Shown: positions 15,673 to 24,552, numbered from the stretch's first letter. The stretch is 24,553 nucleotides of DNA from a virus (IMGVR_UViG_3300002179_000020:1-24553); one strand, 5' to 3'. A program made the numbers and translations. The notes: generated by a model not told the origin, from the letters alone.

Positions 15673-15850
15673 CTTGTATTCTCCATCTGTACCAATCAAT
15701 TGTTGCAAGTGGATATGCGTCGGTCCACGTGAAACCATCTGGATCTGGCATGGTATGAAAGATGACAAGGCTATTATCGATAACCTCTGCTTCTACGTGC
15801 GTAACAGTAAAATGCGCAGTGTCTTTGAAGTAGATTTCCAGTGTTTTCAT
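15632..15850 (-). CDS. Hypothetical protein
   Basis: 72 aa, GGAG RBS, ATGA-coupled. Confidence 0.55.
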   Translation of the reverse strand: MKTLEIYFKDTAHFTVTHVEAEVIDNSLVIFHTMPDPDGFTWTDAYPLATIDWYRWRIQDEKATDTTGQPVQ

Positions 15851-16128
15851 TTCTTCTCCAACGTTTTTTGATACGCCTTGATGTCGCGCTTGATATGGTC
15901 GTCAACTCCAATACGTTGACTGTCAAGTAACTGGAGAACACCTTGAAGAACATCTCCGTTCTCGTGACCAATACCGTACACATCATTGATAAGCGGATGA
16001 ATATATGCTCTCACAAGTTCGCCAAGCAAGTATCCTTCTTCTCCTTCGCACCGTTTGCCGTACTCTGCGAGCATTGACGAGAATCCTTTTGCCAGAGCTT
16101 CGCTGTTTGTTACACTAACGCGACTCAT
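15847..16128 (-). CDS. Hypothetical protein
   Basis: 93 aa, GGAGG RBS, ATGA-coupled. Confidence 0.6.
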   Translation of the reverse strand: MSRVSVTNSEALAKGFSSMLAEYGKRCEGEEGYLLGELVRAYIHPLINDVYGIGHENGDVLQGVLQLLDSQRIGVDDHIKRDIKAYQKTLEKK

Positions 16129-16406
16129 TTCCCCTCCATTGTAGAGTGGCCATCCATTGCGCCGTCTGTATCTTGCTTATGTACACGTTCTGGAGCAAGA
16201 ATATCTCCAGGTTTCAGTTCACCGTCCCTGATAAGAACACCGTATATGGCGTTCAAGACGGCTTCATCGCCCATCAGTTCCAGAATCTTGTTCCCAGTAA
16301 ATGAACAGATAACCGTTTCCATTGCCAACTGTGGTACAAGTGATTCTGCTTCCTTGACATAAGCCCTATATGGATTTCGTTCGGCAACAACATAGATGTA
16401 TTTCAT
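16125..16406 (-). CDS. Hypothetical protein
   Basis: 93 aa, GGAGGT RBS, ATGA-coupled. Confidence 0.6.
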   Translation of the reverse strand: MKYIYVVAERNPYRAYVKEAESLVPQLAMETVICSFTGNKILELMGDEAVLNAIYGVLIRDGELKPGDILAPERVHKQDTDGAMDGHSTMEGK

Positions 16407-16735
16407 TTTACCTCCTCTTTATATCTCAACCTTACTTCTGATGCAATAATCTCCTCAATGTATTTCTTCAATGGATGTCGTTGAACTCCAATAAACTGCT
16501 CACCGTCATTCCAGATAGCCCACTTGGTAGCTTCTTCAATACGAGCAGCCACACGTTGATTGAAGATGGCTTGCTGTACTGCGTCAATTCCTATCTTGAC
16601 TTCTTCTGGCATTATTCTCCACCTCTCTCTTCTCGTCTGATTGCCAACAACCTCAAAGTCTGCTGCTGCATCAACATCTGATACACCGTTGACTGCTTGG
16701 ATGAGTGCAATCAGAGCATCACTACTTTGCGTCAC
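16403..16735 (-). CDS. Hypothetical protein
   Basis: 110 aa, GTGA-coupled, start uncertain. Confidence 0.55.
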   Translation of the reverse strand: MTQSSDALIALIQAVNGVSDVDAAADFEVVGNQTRRERWRIMPEEVKIGIDAVQQAIFNQRVAARIEEATKWAIWNDGEQFIGVQRHPLKKYIEEIIASEVRLRYKEEVK

Positions 16736-17235
16736 GGTTTATTGCTCTGTATTCGAGCATATGTCTTATATTCCTTTACTTTGCGTTCATCATAAGCGAT
16801 GGCTTTCTTGAAGTAACGGATACCTGCACGGATGTTCTTCTGCTGGAATGCAGTCTGGCAATATGGGTCTGTAAGTTTTGCAATTTCTTCTTTCAGATGT
16901 CGCCGAACCACACGTAGGCGGCTTGTGTACATGCTGTCGTGGTCAAGACATCCGCAACAGTTACACTTTACGCATATCTCTCCATATGAATCAATGAGGT
17001 TCTTGCACTTGCTATCGACCCGCTGGTCAAGATAGATGACAGGGGTTTTTTGTCGTCTCCGTTCTCGTCTACGAGCATTAACTTTATCTTTGTTATCAAT
17101 CGCCCATTGACGTGACCGTTTGTTGTGTTCATCTTTGTTCGCTATGTAGTATCGGTGAGCGTTCTCGGCAATCTGTTCTCCGTGTTCTATTTTGTAGTTG
17201 CGGAGATAGACAGCCTTTTCCTCTTTGGTTTTCAT
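16732..17235 (-). CDS. Hypothetical protein with basic helical N-terminus and C..DSYGEICVKCNCCG domain
   Basis: 167 aa, ATGA-coupled. ~14-residue [YW]...[NH]..[EQK] periodicity followed by a Cys cluster. Confidence 0.6.
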   Translation of the reverse strand: MKTKEEKAVYLRNYKIEHGEQIAENAHRYYIANKDEHNKRSRQWAIDNKDKVNARRRERRRQKTPVIYLDQRVDSKCKNLIDSYGEICVKCNCCGCLDHDSMYTSRLRVVRRHLKEEIAKLTDPYCQTAFQQKNIRAGIRYFKKAIAYDERKVKEYKTYARIQSNKP

Positions 17236-17495
17236 GGCTTCATTACTCCCGACTTGATTCCGTTCTCATACACATGATTCTGTTCAATGCGGATTTCTTC
17301 ATTTTCCTTTTCGATCGCCGTTTCATTGTCAACCATGCTCTTGATGTGTCCACGTTTGAACGCAATCTTCCAGATGTAGCGCATGAATTTACGAGCGGTT
17401 TCCTTGTCACAATTCAGCACACCTTCAAGTTCTGTTTCCTCAAACATATCTTCTGCTGCTTTTTCAATGATGGCTTTCTGGCTCTTGCTCTTCAT
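17232..17495 (-). CDS. Hypothetical protein
   Basis: 87 aa, GGAGGT RBS, ATGA-coupled. Confidence 0.6.
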   Translation of the reverse strand: MKSKSQKAIIEKAAEDMFEETELEGVLNCDKETARKFMRYIWKIAFKRGHIKSMVDNETAIEKENEEIRIEQNHVYENGIKSGVMKP

Positions 17496-17692
17496 TTGAC
17501 CACCTCCAGCACGTCAACAAACGGCACACGGACGGCATTGGTGATTATCTTCTGTGCTCCTACGTAGATAATCCCTTCAACCTTGATGTACGCAAACTTC
17601 TTTCCAATCTTCTCAATAGTACCAGTCATCACAACGGTGGAGTATCTCCTGTTGTAATTGAACTTTACGTGGTCGCCCTTTGCTATCAGCAT
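17492..17692 (-). CDS. Small SH3/KOW-like beta-barrel hypothetical protein
   Basis: GGAGG RBS before ATG 17692. GD.V.F......G.I.KIG.K.A.I pattern. Confidence 0.5.
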   Translation of the reverse strand: MLIAKGDHVKFNYNRRYSTVVMTGTIEKIGKKFAYIKVEGIIYVGAQKIITNAVRVPFVDVLEVVK

Positions 17693-17693
17693 G

Positions 17694-18044
17694 TTATGTC
17701 CTCCACTCAATGTGACATGGAACCTCATTCGTGAAACACTTTCTCATGCAACTCTCCTGGTCGTTAAACCATGACCCTTCATGGATTTCACCAGTTACGA
17801 TGTTCATTTGCCGCCACTGTTCGTGATACTCAGGTTTGAGTGGTACTAGACTCCAAGCTTCAGGATGACTTTCGCTTTCTCCATTTACTGCATACGACAT
17901 AACCATATCAAAGCCATTACCAAGGGTCACAACTCCAACAATCGGAAACCGCAAATCATTTACTGTACCCAGGAATCTCACTGTGCGCCTTTCTTGAACA
18001 GTCACATACTTGCGATAGATATCAACTTTAATTGGTAGATTCAT
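17694..18044 (-). CDS. Hypothetical phage protein
   Basis: ATGA-coupled start at 18044. KY.T...R.VR.L......FPIVG.V pattern. Confidence 0.55.
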   Translation of the reverse strand: MNLPIKVDIYRKYVTVQERRTVRFLGTVNDLRFPIVGVVTLGNGFDMVMSYAVNGESESHPEAWSLVPLKPEYHEQWRQMNIVTGEIHEGSWFNDQESCMRKCFTNEVPCHIEWRT

Positions 18045-18412
18045 GGGTTCTCCTGTGCAAACCGTTCCCTGTCTGCCTGTTGCTGATGACGTTTCAAGTC
18101 TTCGGCAAGCATATCTTCCCTCTGCTGGTCTTCCATGCAATCTTCAAACGTTTGTTCCCGTAAAAACTCTTCACTTGGAGCAAGAACATCAGCGGGTACA
18201 GCAACACATCCTTTCCAACTACCAAAATCATAGGCAATTTCTCTGTTCCGTATTTTCTCTTTCAATCGTTCTTCAACAACAATAATGAGGTCATCACACA
18301 GTTGTCGCGCTTCTGCTGCGATCTCTCCAAGGTCTTTATTCTTATCATGAGTAAATATTCCAGCCATTGTATGACCAATCACAGTTTCTCGCAGTGCTTC
18401 AAACTTAGTCAT
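18041..18412 (-). CDS. Hypothetical protein, paralog of 18405..18653
   Basis: AAGGAG RBS. D.LI..VEER.K..I....IA........CV......VL shared with its neighbour. Confidence 0.65.
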   Translation of the reverse strand: MTKFEALRETVIGHTMAGIFTHDKNKDLGEIAAEARQLCDDLIIVVEERLKEKIRNREIAYDFGSWKGCVAVPADVLAPSEEFLREQTFEDCMEDQQREDMLAEDLKRHQQQADRERFAQENP

Positions 18413-18653
18413 CGGTGGTCTCCTTTAGTTCAAGAACTGAAGTCCGAATTATCACGCATAGACTGCCACCCATGTTGAACTTTGCAATGTATGCGTCCAG
18501 TATCTGTTTCTTCGTCCTCTCTTCGACAGCAGAGATAAGGGTGTCAACTACTCCAGTAATCTCTTCGAGAGCGGGTTCAAAGGCTGGTTTTCCCTTAAAT
18601 TGATACGTTGCAATATTGATTGCCATTTTCCGCATTTCTTCAACAGTTGCCAT
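18405..18653 (-). CDS. Hypothetical protein, paralog of 18041..18412
   Basis: GAGGAGG RBS before ATG 18653. Shares the VEER motif block. Confidence 0.65.
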   Translation of the reverse strand: MATVEEMRKMAINIATYQFKGKPAFEPALEEITGVVDTLISAVEERTKKQILDAYIAKFNMGGSLCVIIRTSVLELKETTDD

Positions 18654-18663
18654 CACATCCTCC

Positions 18664-18894
18664 TCATGGCAATAGCATCTTACTTGCAACGAAACCAAAT
18701 AAGAAACAAGCAATGAACCAAACAATACGCCAAATCAAAGCATACTTTCTCTTGCGTCGCAGTAATGCAGGGCTTGGTAGCGTTGCTCTTCGCAAGGTTT
18801 CAAACGCATCGCCAAAAGACATTCCCCTTGCACAAGATAAGTCCGCAGCAAGTTCTGCCATATCTTTCAATCGCTGTGTTTCTTCTAGGTTCAT
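18664..18894 (-). CDS. Small membrane protein
   Basis: RRKRK followed by a hydrophobic C-terminal helix. ATGA-coupled. Confidence 0.6.
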   Translation of the reverse strand: MNLEETQRLKDMAELAADLSCARGMSFGDAFETLRRATLPSPALLRRKRKYALIWRIVWFIACFLFGFVASKMLLP

Positions 18895-19247
18895 AACCGC
18901 CTCTCTGTAAAGAACGAAGTCTCTCCCTTGTAACAGAAGTTGTACTCTTGTATCTTCTTGATGATTTGCTTGACCTCATCCACGTTGTAGACCACGGCAA
19001 CAATTGCGTTGACCTCATTCCACTCTGCGAGTTCTTTCTTCTGCAATTCTGTTGCAGGATAACCAAATGGTCCACGCTTGACCTCAAACTCAAAGCGTAA
19101 ACCGTTGATGCAGCCTGTGATGTCGGGTTTGCCAGAATTGCCAAACGCTCCTCCATGCCGTTTCTCCGCCCTACAGAACGGAACGGTTTTCAGATATTTG
19201 AGGATGCTTTTTGTGACGCTGGTTTCAAGCGGTATGTTCTGTTTCAT
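18891..19247 (-). CDS. VRR-NUC domain nuclease (Holliday-junction-resolvase-like)
   Basis: E......I.KYL, G.PDI.G...G....FEVKR, T.LQ, V...DEV: a PD-(D/E)xK VRR-NUC signature. ATGA start at 19247. Confidence 0.85.
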   Translation of the reverse strand: MKQNIPLETSVTKSILKYLKTVPFCRAEKRHGGAFGNSGKPDITGCINGLRFEFEVKRGPFGYPATELQKKELAEWNEVNAIVAVVYNVDEVKQIIKKIQEYNFCYKGETSFFTERRL

Positions 19248-19753
19248 CGTGCCTTCCCTACAAGTTGTGTTGCAACGTCTGCAATCTCCATGCAAATCTC
19301 CTGTGTTGTCCACCGTTTCCCTTCCATTATAAATGGAGGATAGTCAGATTCTCCACAAGGGTTGAACTGTGTATGATCCCCACAGTGCGCATAATCCCAT
19401 CCAATGATTGTTGAACACAAAGGAAACGACTTGAAACGTTCATCTGGATTGAACAATGAATTCCAGAGAGTCTTTCTGTAACCAAACGACACGCCACCAT
19501 GAACGTTGATGCATCGCTCAAACCACTCGTAACTATGCCATTTGCTCAGGATAATCATTTGAGAAAGTTTCTTGGGAACTTCAATATATGCGCATGGATG
19601 AGTATTGTAATCCACAATACAACAATGAAGTCCACGTATCTGACCGTCAAAGATGACACGTAACTTATGACGTTCTCCAGTATATGATGGTTGATTAGTT
19701 TGCGGGTTCATCGCTGGTGTTCTCCAACCTGTAATGATTCGGTGAGAGTCCAT
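19244..19753 (-). CDS. Conserved hypothetical phage protein (HPCAY / VHGG / GWDYAH.GD motifs)
   Basis: His/Cys/Asp motif set characteristic of a widespread phage family of unknown function. Start uncertain. Confidence 0.7.
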   Translation of the reverse strand: MDSHRIITGWRTPAMNPQTNQPSYTGERHKLRVIFDGQIRGLHCCIVDYNTHPCAYIEVPKKLSQMIILSKWHSYEWFERCINVHGGVSFGYRKTLWNSLFNPDERFKSFPLCSTIIGWDYAHCGDHTQFNPCGESDYPPFIMEGKRWTTQEICMEIADVATQLVGKAR

Positions 19754-19934
19754 TCCCTTCTTCATCAAACAGTTCTGCCAATGTGTGTTTCTGTTCTACG
19801 TCATACCATGCCAGCATGAACATGTGGAGATTGAACACTATCACTGGAGTGAAACTCATTGCTGCAACACCAATTGCAATCCCTTCCTTGTTCAGAATAT
19901 GCCACTTCTTCTTCATTGTAAACTTTTCATTCAT
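19695..19934 (-). CDS. Hypothetical protein
   Basis: 79 aa, AAGGAG RBS. Confidence 0.5.
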   Translation of the reverse strand: MNEKFTMKKKWHILNKEGIAIGVAAMSFTPVIVFNLHMFMLAWYDVEQKHTLAELFDEEGNGLSPNHYRLENTSDEPAN

Positions 19935-19936
19935 AG

Positions 19937-20152
19937 TTATCTCCTTTTACCTTTTGGAACATAATCAACACAACGTCCAGCGGTGTTTTTATCTGAACAA
20001 ATTTCTGCGTCGTTCTGAATAGAATATGCCCTGCCAGTAACATAATCAATAAGATCGATTCCTTTGACATTTGCGTAACATTTTGCTGGAACACCAAAAT
20101 CACAATTAATGTGGTATCCAATATAATGTTTACACATGGCACAGATTGTCAT
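19937..20152 (-). CDS. Small Cys-rich protein
   Basis: GGAG RBS before ATG 20152. CAMCKH...C...D.VTG......C...N..G.C. Confidence 0.65.
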   Translation of the reverse strand: MTICAMCKHYIGYHINCDFGVPAKCYANVKGIDLIDYVTGRAYSIQNDAEICSDKNTAGRCVDYVPKGKRR

Positions 20153-20162
20153 TGTTGCTCCC

Positions 20163-21806
20163 TTATAGTTGGATATAATACTGTTGTGAAGCATTGCATA
20201 AGACCAGTTCTTCCTTTGCACGTGTCATCGCTACATAAAACAACCGAACAATTGCATCTTTTCCTCCCTCAGAACCACCGTTACCGTTCCACTCGTTGAT
20301 CCCTGCAAGAGAGAGGTCGGGAAAAAGATAGACTATATCAGCTTCTCCACCTTTAACAGAGTGAATAGTTCCAATAATAATGGAAGGTCTCGTGAGGAGA
20401 TTCTGAATTCCACCTTTCTTGTACACGGTGACAGGATAGGTGTAGGCATTGATTCTACTCGCGAGCAAGTTCTTTTCAAACCACGTTGTTTCTCCTTCAT
20501 AGGCGTTTGCAAACGCTTCTTCATAGACACCCTCCTCAAATTGAAACGCCATCTGCTGTGCTGCAACAGCGGGATCTTCGTTCCATTCTCCCTCAGACAA
20601 AGCAGTCTTGCCGCCATGAATAAATATTCCAGCAGCCCTGATGTCCTCAGACCAAAGAGTGATGTCGTTTGGCGTCCACAGTTGGCCTTCATGGACTTTC
20701 AGATAGCTGCTCAGGCGTTGTGCTGCACTGATGCGGTTCTCGTCAAAGCGCAGAGGGTTCCAGTCACCACGTGTTGTACGGTAAGGGTTACAAAACGGTA
20801 TCCCTTCACGGCGCAAAACGGCTTTGAGTGGATCCAACATGTAACTGCATGTCGCGAGTATCATAACCTTCTTGCCGCTTGCAACCTGCTCCAGTGCGTC
20901 ATCAATGACGGGTTCAATGTACTTGTATGAGGCATCCAGATAACGTATAGAGCCAATTGCCTCACCAGAATCGGGGTCGTCAGGGATGTTCCATCGTGGC
21001 TTATACTCTTTGACTGCCCTGACGTTCACCTGTTTGATCCACTCTTGTGACTTGTCAAGAATTGCACGTGGAACCCTGTAACTCTGCTTCAATACTTGCT
21101 GTTTAGCAGCAGGGTTACGTATCAGTTCTTCTGGAGATGCCCCCTTGAAGTGATAGATGCTCTGGTCATCGTCAAATGACATGAAGCACAGGTCTACTGA
21201 TTGTTCCCACTTGCGCACCAGTTTCAGTTCAAGCGCAGAGAAGTCCTGACACTCGTCCATGTACATGATACGTGGCTTTCCTGGAACAAAGTCAAGGTGA
21301 GTAATGCCACGTTCAATCAGTCCAGTGAAGTCTACAAAGCCGTTCAAGTCTTTCCAGAAGTCCCATCGCAGAGCAAAGGCTTCAACGTCTGGATTGTAGT
21401 ATTCTCGTGGAGTCAACTTTGCCCTGAGTGTGTTGTACTCTTGCAACAAGCGGTCCCCATCGGTAGCGGTTTCTTCTTCTGATGTCGGGTTATCAACGTT
21501 GACCTTGCCGCTTGCCTTGCTAAGAGCATACTGTGGTTCAAACGTATTCCACTCTGCAATGTGCTTGACCTCTGCAATCTCGGGTCTGCCAAGCGCACGG
21601 TAACACAGCGCATGAAGTGTTCCAATATTGCTTTCTGGAACTGGCAATTGACGGCTGATAAGTTCTGTGGCTGCTGCTTTGGTGAATGAACCAACCAGCA
21701 CACCATTGTTTCCAACCTTCTGGACGCCTTCAAGAATATAGGCTGTAAGTTTTGTCGTCTTGCCAGTTCCAGGCGGACCAAGCAACCAGACTTCTTTGCT
21801 GTTCAT
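20163..21806 (-). CDS. Superfamily 1 (UvrD/Rep-like) DNA helicase
   Basis: GPPGTGKTT (Walker A), SFTKAAA, TLHALC, DECQD (Walker B), DDDQSIY.F.GA, QSYR.P, TIHSVKGGEAD, LFYVAMTRA. Confidence 0.95.
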   Translation of the reverse strand: MNSKEVWLLGPPGTGKTTKLTAYILEGVQKVGNNGVLVGSFTKAAATELISRQLPVPESNIGTLHALCYRALGRPEIAEVKHIAEWNTFEPQYALSKASGKVNVDNPTSEEETATDGDRLLQEYNTLRAKLTPREYYNPDVEAFALRWDFWKDLNGFVDFTGLIERGITHLDFVPGKPRIMYMDECQDFSALELKLVRKWEQSVDLCFMSFDDDQSIYHFKGASPEELIRNPAAKQQVLKQSYRVPRAILDKSQEWIKQVNVRAVKEYKPRWNIPDDPDSGEAIGSIRYLDASYKYIEPVIDDALEQVASGKKVMILATCSYMLDPLKAVLRREGIPFCNPYRTTRGDWNPLRFDENRISAAQRLSSYLKVHEGQLWTPNDITLWSEDIRAAGIFIHGGKTALSEGEWNEDPAVAAQQMAFQFEEGVYEEAFANAYEGETTWFEKNLLASRINAYTYPVTVYKKGGIQNLLTRPSIIIGTIHSVKGGEADIVYLFPDLSLAGINEWNGNGGSEGGKDAIVRLFYVAMTRAKEELVLCNASQQYYIQL

Positions 21807-22279
21807 CGTCCGTCTCCAACATACTTACTCAGCACCACAACATCTTTAGGGTCAATCTCCACGACATCAATATAAGCCGTGTATTTGACAGACGCTAACC
21901 GTGTATCAACAATTCTTCCTGGATACTCATAAAAATTCTGGTATTCTGCTTCACTGTTTACGGACTTCGCTGTCGCATAGAACGTGTGTCCATCTTTCTC
22001 AAACGCAAAGGTGTTCCCTTGTTTGAAGGTATCGGCAAGGGCAACCCTGTTCTCGTCTGCAAGTTCATCACTAGAGAGTGAGTCCAGTGCTTTCTTTGCA
22101 TGACGGTCTCGCCCTAAACACTCAATATCTATGCACAGATTGTAAATGGTAGCAAAATTAATGACACCGTCGTGCATTCCAGAATAGTATGCTTGAATAG
22201 AAGTAATGAATGTCTTGAACTTGAATCCATTGCTGCTGAATTCAAACCCATCCATTAACTTAAATGATCCGCACTTCAT
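21803..22279 (-). CDS. Hypothetical protein
   Basis: 158 aa. Stop coupled to the helicase start. Start uncertain. Confidence 0.55.
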   Translation of the reverse strand: MKCGSFKLMDGFEFSSNGFKFKTFITSIQAYYSGMHDGVINFATIYNLCIDIECLGRDRHAKKALDSLSSDELADENRVALADTFKQGNTFAFEKDGHTFYATAKSVNSEAEYQNFYEYPGRIVDTRLASVKYTAYIDVVEIDPKDVVVLSKYVGDGR

Positions 22280-22466
22280 TGTTGGGATTCCCCTTTTGAA
22301 ACTGTTCCCTTACCAGCGCATTGAACAACGCCTTTTTCAGAACAAGATACTCAAAGTTCTTGTTTTGATTCCACGTTCCATCTTGATATAGTTTGACTAT
22401 CTCGATAACAATATCATCACTGCACATGAGGGGCAAGTCGTCTGGTTCAAAAACTTTTGGATTCAT
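22260..22466 (-). CDS. Hypothetical protein
   Basis: 68 aa, fits the tiling of the - strand operon. Confidence 0.5.
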   Translation of the reverse strand: MNPKVFEPDDLPLMCSDDIVIEIVKLYQDGTWNQNKNFEYLVLKKALFNALVREQFQKGNPNNEVRII

Positions 22467-22926
22467 TATCTTTACCTATAGAAGCATCTCCAGGAGGTGC
22501 AAAACCTTCTGGTGGCAATGTATACGTTGGAGCCAACATTAAGGCTATCTGGTCAATGAACCGTTCGCGCAACTGATTGATGATGTTTTTTGCCACACTC
22601 GGGGCTTCCAATGCTTCATAAAGTGCTTTAATATAGGCTGTTTCAATAACATGGATTAACTCGTGAACAATAATCCAACGTTGTTCCCAAGTTGTATCTG
22701 TCCAGAAAGAATCGCCAACACGAAAATATGCTGAAACGGACTGTGACATAATCTGAACGGAGGCATACGATTCTTCATCTTCTTCATTTGCTCCTGATGG
22801 TTTGTCAAAGAGGACTTTGAAATACCACTGACTAAGACCCATAGCGTCGGCAACACCACGAATATATTTGCCAAGTTCATCCCACCGTGGATCCTTTCCT
22901 GTTCTATCTGGTATAGGATTAACCAT
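22447..22926 (-). CDS. HExxH zincin-like protein
   Basis: IIVHELIHV motif with a downstream E (LRERFID) as possible third ligand, 159 aa. Confidence 0.6.
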   Translation of the reverse strand: MVNPIPDRTGKDPRWDELGKYIRGVADAMGLSQWYFKVLFDKPSGANEEDEESYASVQIMSQSVSAYFRVGDSFWTDTTWEQRWIIVHELIHVIETAYIKALYEALEAPSVAKNIINQLRERFIDQIALMLAPTYTLPPEGFAPPGDASIGKDNESKSF

Positions 22927-22932
22927 TCCCCA

Positions 22933-23130
22933 TCACCTTGCTTGCTTACTTTTCAACTTGTCTGCATCATAAAAACTGAACGCTTCAAAAACATCATGTA
23001 TCATTCGGTCTCGTGTTTCTCTGCCAGCAAGTGAAAGATTTACTGTAATGTTTAACTCGACCGCCTTCAAACGATTAGATATTTTAAGTTCTCTAAGAAT
23101 CTCTTCCATCAATTCGGCTTCTGGAGTCAT
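22933..23130 (-). CDS. Hypothetical protein
   Basis: 65 aa, AAGGAGGTG RBS. Confidence 0.6.
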   Translation of the reverse strand: MTPEAELMEEILRELKISNRLKAVELNITVNLSLAGRETRDRMIHDVFEAFSFYDADKLKSKQAR

Positions 23131-23324
23131 TCTGTCACCTCCTTAATCGGACAATGTTCCATCTGTTGTTCCCAGTTCTCAAACTCTATACAGGGGTTAT
23201 GTGGTACAATATTTTCTCCAGTCTCTTCGTATTGCAAAATGCAACCATCACTATCTCCCCTGTCTTTAAGCTGACAATCCAAACAGTGCGCTGGTTTCTT
23301 GTCTAGCGTTATTTGATACTTCAT
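23127..23324 (-). CDS. Small Cys-rich protein
   Basis: P..CLDC.L.....C.L.....CPIKEV pattern, AAGGAGGTG RBS. Confidence 0.65.
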   Translation of the reverse strand: MKYQITLDKKPAHCLDCQLKDRGDSDGCILQYEETGENIVPHNPCIEFENWEQQMEHCPIKEVTE

Positions 23325-23343
23325 TCTGTCACCTCCTTGATCG
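23127..23343. repeat. 23-bp direct repeat at consecutive gene junctions (23127-23149 and 23321-23343)
   Basis: TCATTCTGTCACCTCCTTAATCG vs TCATTCTGTCACCTCCTTGATCG, 22/23 identical. Confidence 0.9.
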
Positions 23344-23485
23344 TCTCACTTACTCCGTTACCGTCATGAACTGTATCAAGAATCTGTCTCATTCTCTTGT
23401 CACATTCTTCTGGAGTAATTTCATGCATCCTCATGTGTACAACAGCAGCTTTCAATAAAAGGATCTCTTCTTTCCAATCATTCAT
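23321..23485 (-). CDS. 54-aa hypothetical protein (not in ORF track)
   Basis: MNDWKEEILLLKAAVVHMRMHEITPEECDKRMRQILDTVHDGNGVSETIKEVTE. ATGA-coupled at both ends. Confidence 0.6.
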   Translation of the reverse strand: MNDWKEEILLLKAAVVHMRMHEITPEECDKRMRQILDTVHDGNGVSETIKEVTE

Positions 23486-24552
23486 CCCGCCACTTCCTCA
23501 CCACATTCAACGTCACCAAAGTCCCCTTTGATTTTAGCAGGGTCTCCGTTGAAGAACACAAGCACATCCTGGTGCATCTTCCCCATCTTTCTGCTCTGTG
23601 AGAAAGGCCGTCCAGTGCGCAACGGCAGTGTACCGCACACGTTGAACAGCACTGCATGATTGTACAACTTGAAGCCACATAGTTCTGCAAACTCTATAGT
23701 GTTCTGCACGAACGGTTTGATGAACCCTGTCTTGGCGTCCCTTATATCGCTCACCACGATGACCGCAAACCTGTTCTTCTTCACGTGACCCAACGCTGTT
23801 CCAAGAATCAGACCGTATGTTCCAATGAACTTGTCGTATGACTTCATGTTACTGAGGTCACGTGGATCATCAGAGTAAATCTCCATGTCATGATATGGTG
23901 GACAAGTGAACATGAGGTCATACTTCTCTGTGTCTGGTATCATCTTGTCCAGTTCTAGTGAATCACCGCACAACCACCGTGGTACGATTTGTTTCTCCAT
24001 TTCTGTCTCATGGATACCAACGACCCACAGCAGGTCGCCGTTCTTCATGTAGTCAATGCACTTTGCCTCATAAACTGGATCAAGTTTGATCCCCTCAAAT
24101 GTAGTGATCCGTGGCTTCTGTGCATAATCAAGCGGCGACACCACCAAAGTACACTGTTGTTGCCAACCTAACGGAGCATACTTCAAGAGGCGTTCTGTGG
24201 GGTCTGCGCCCACTACTATGCCTATAACTGGGATATCTATGTTCCTGTTGCGTAAGCCCCACAGAACGCCCGCTAGGGTCATGCCTGAGCCTACTGGTAC
24301 AATGATGCGCTTCACACCTTCTGGAATATCTATCACTTGGCTTGCCGTCATCACAACAGCGGCCTGACACTCCATACCAAACGGAATGTACGTCCAGTCA
24401 GGGTGTTCGGTGGCGTCCTTCTCTGCCCTGCTGATAATGACATTGTTATATCCAGCAGTCCACTGGATGATTTCTGCCCCACACTCTCTTGCCTGTACAA
24501 GTTCAGGTGGCAATTCACCCATCGGGGTGTGAACCCTGCACGGGATGCCAAG
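23482..24552 (-). CDS. Fusion of a PLP-dependent (ACC deaminase/D-cysteine desulfhydrase-like) domain and an N6A/N4C DNA methyltransferase catalytic half, 5'-truncated
   Basis: Frame is open to the window edge (LGIPCRVHTPMG...). PLP part has YIPFG, VPVGSGMTLAG and LDPVYEAK. MTase part has W.CGDS, DLMFTCPPY..E.YSDDP.DLSNM and HQDVLVF. Confidence 0.85.
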   Translation of the reverse strand, partial: LGIPCRVHTPMGELPPELVQARECGAEIIQWTAGYNNVIISRAEKDATEHPDWTYIPFGMECQAAVVMTASQVIDIPEGVKRIIVPVGSGMTLAGVLWGLRNRNIDIPVIGIVVGADPTERLLKYAPLGWQQQCTLVVSPLDYAQKPRITTFEGIKLDPVYEAKCIDYMKNGDLLWVVGIHETEMEKQIVPRWLCGDSLELDKMIPDTEKYDLMFTCPPYHDMEIYSDDPRDLSNMKSYDKFIGTYGLILGTALGHVKKNRFAVIVVSDIRDAKTGFIKPFVQNTIEFAELCGFKLYNHAVLFNVCGTLPLRTGRPFSQSRKMGKMHQDVLVFFNGDPAKIKGDFGDVECGEEVAG

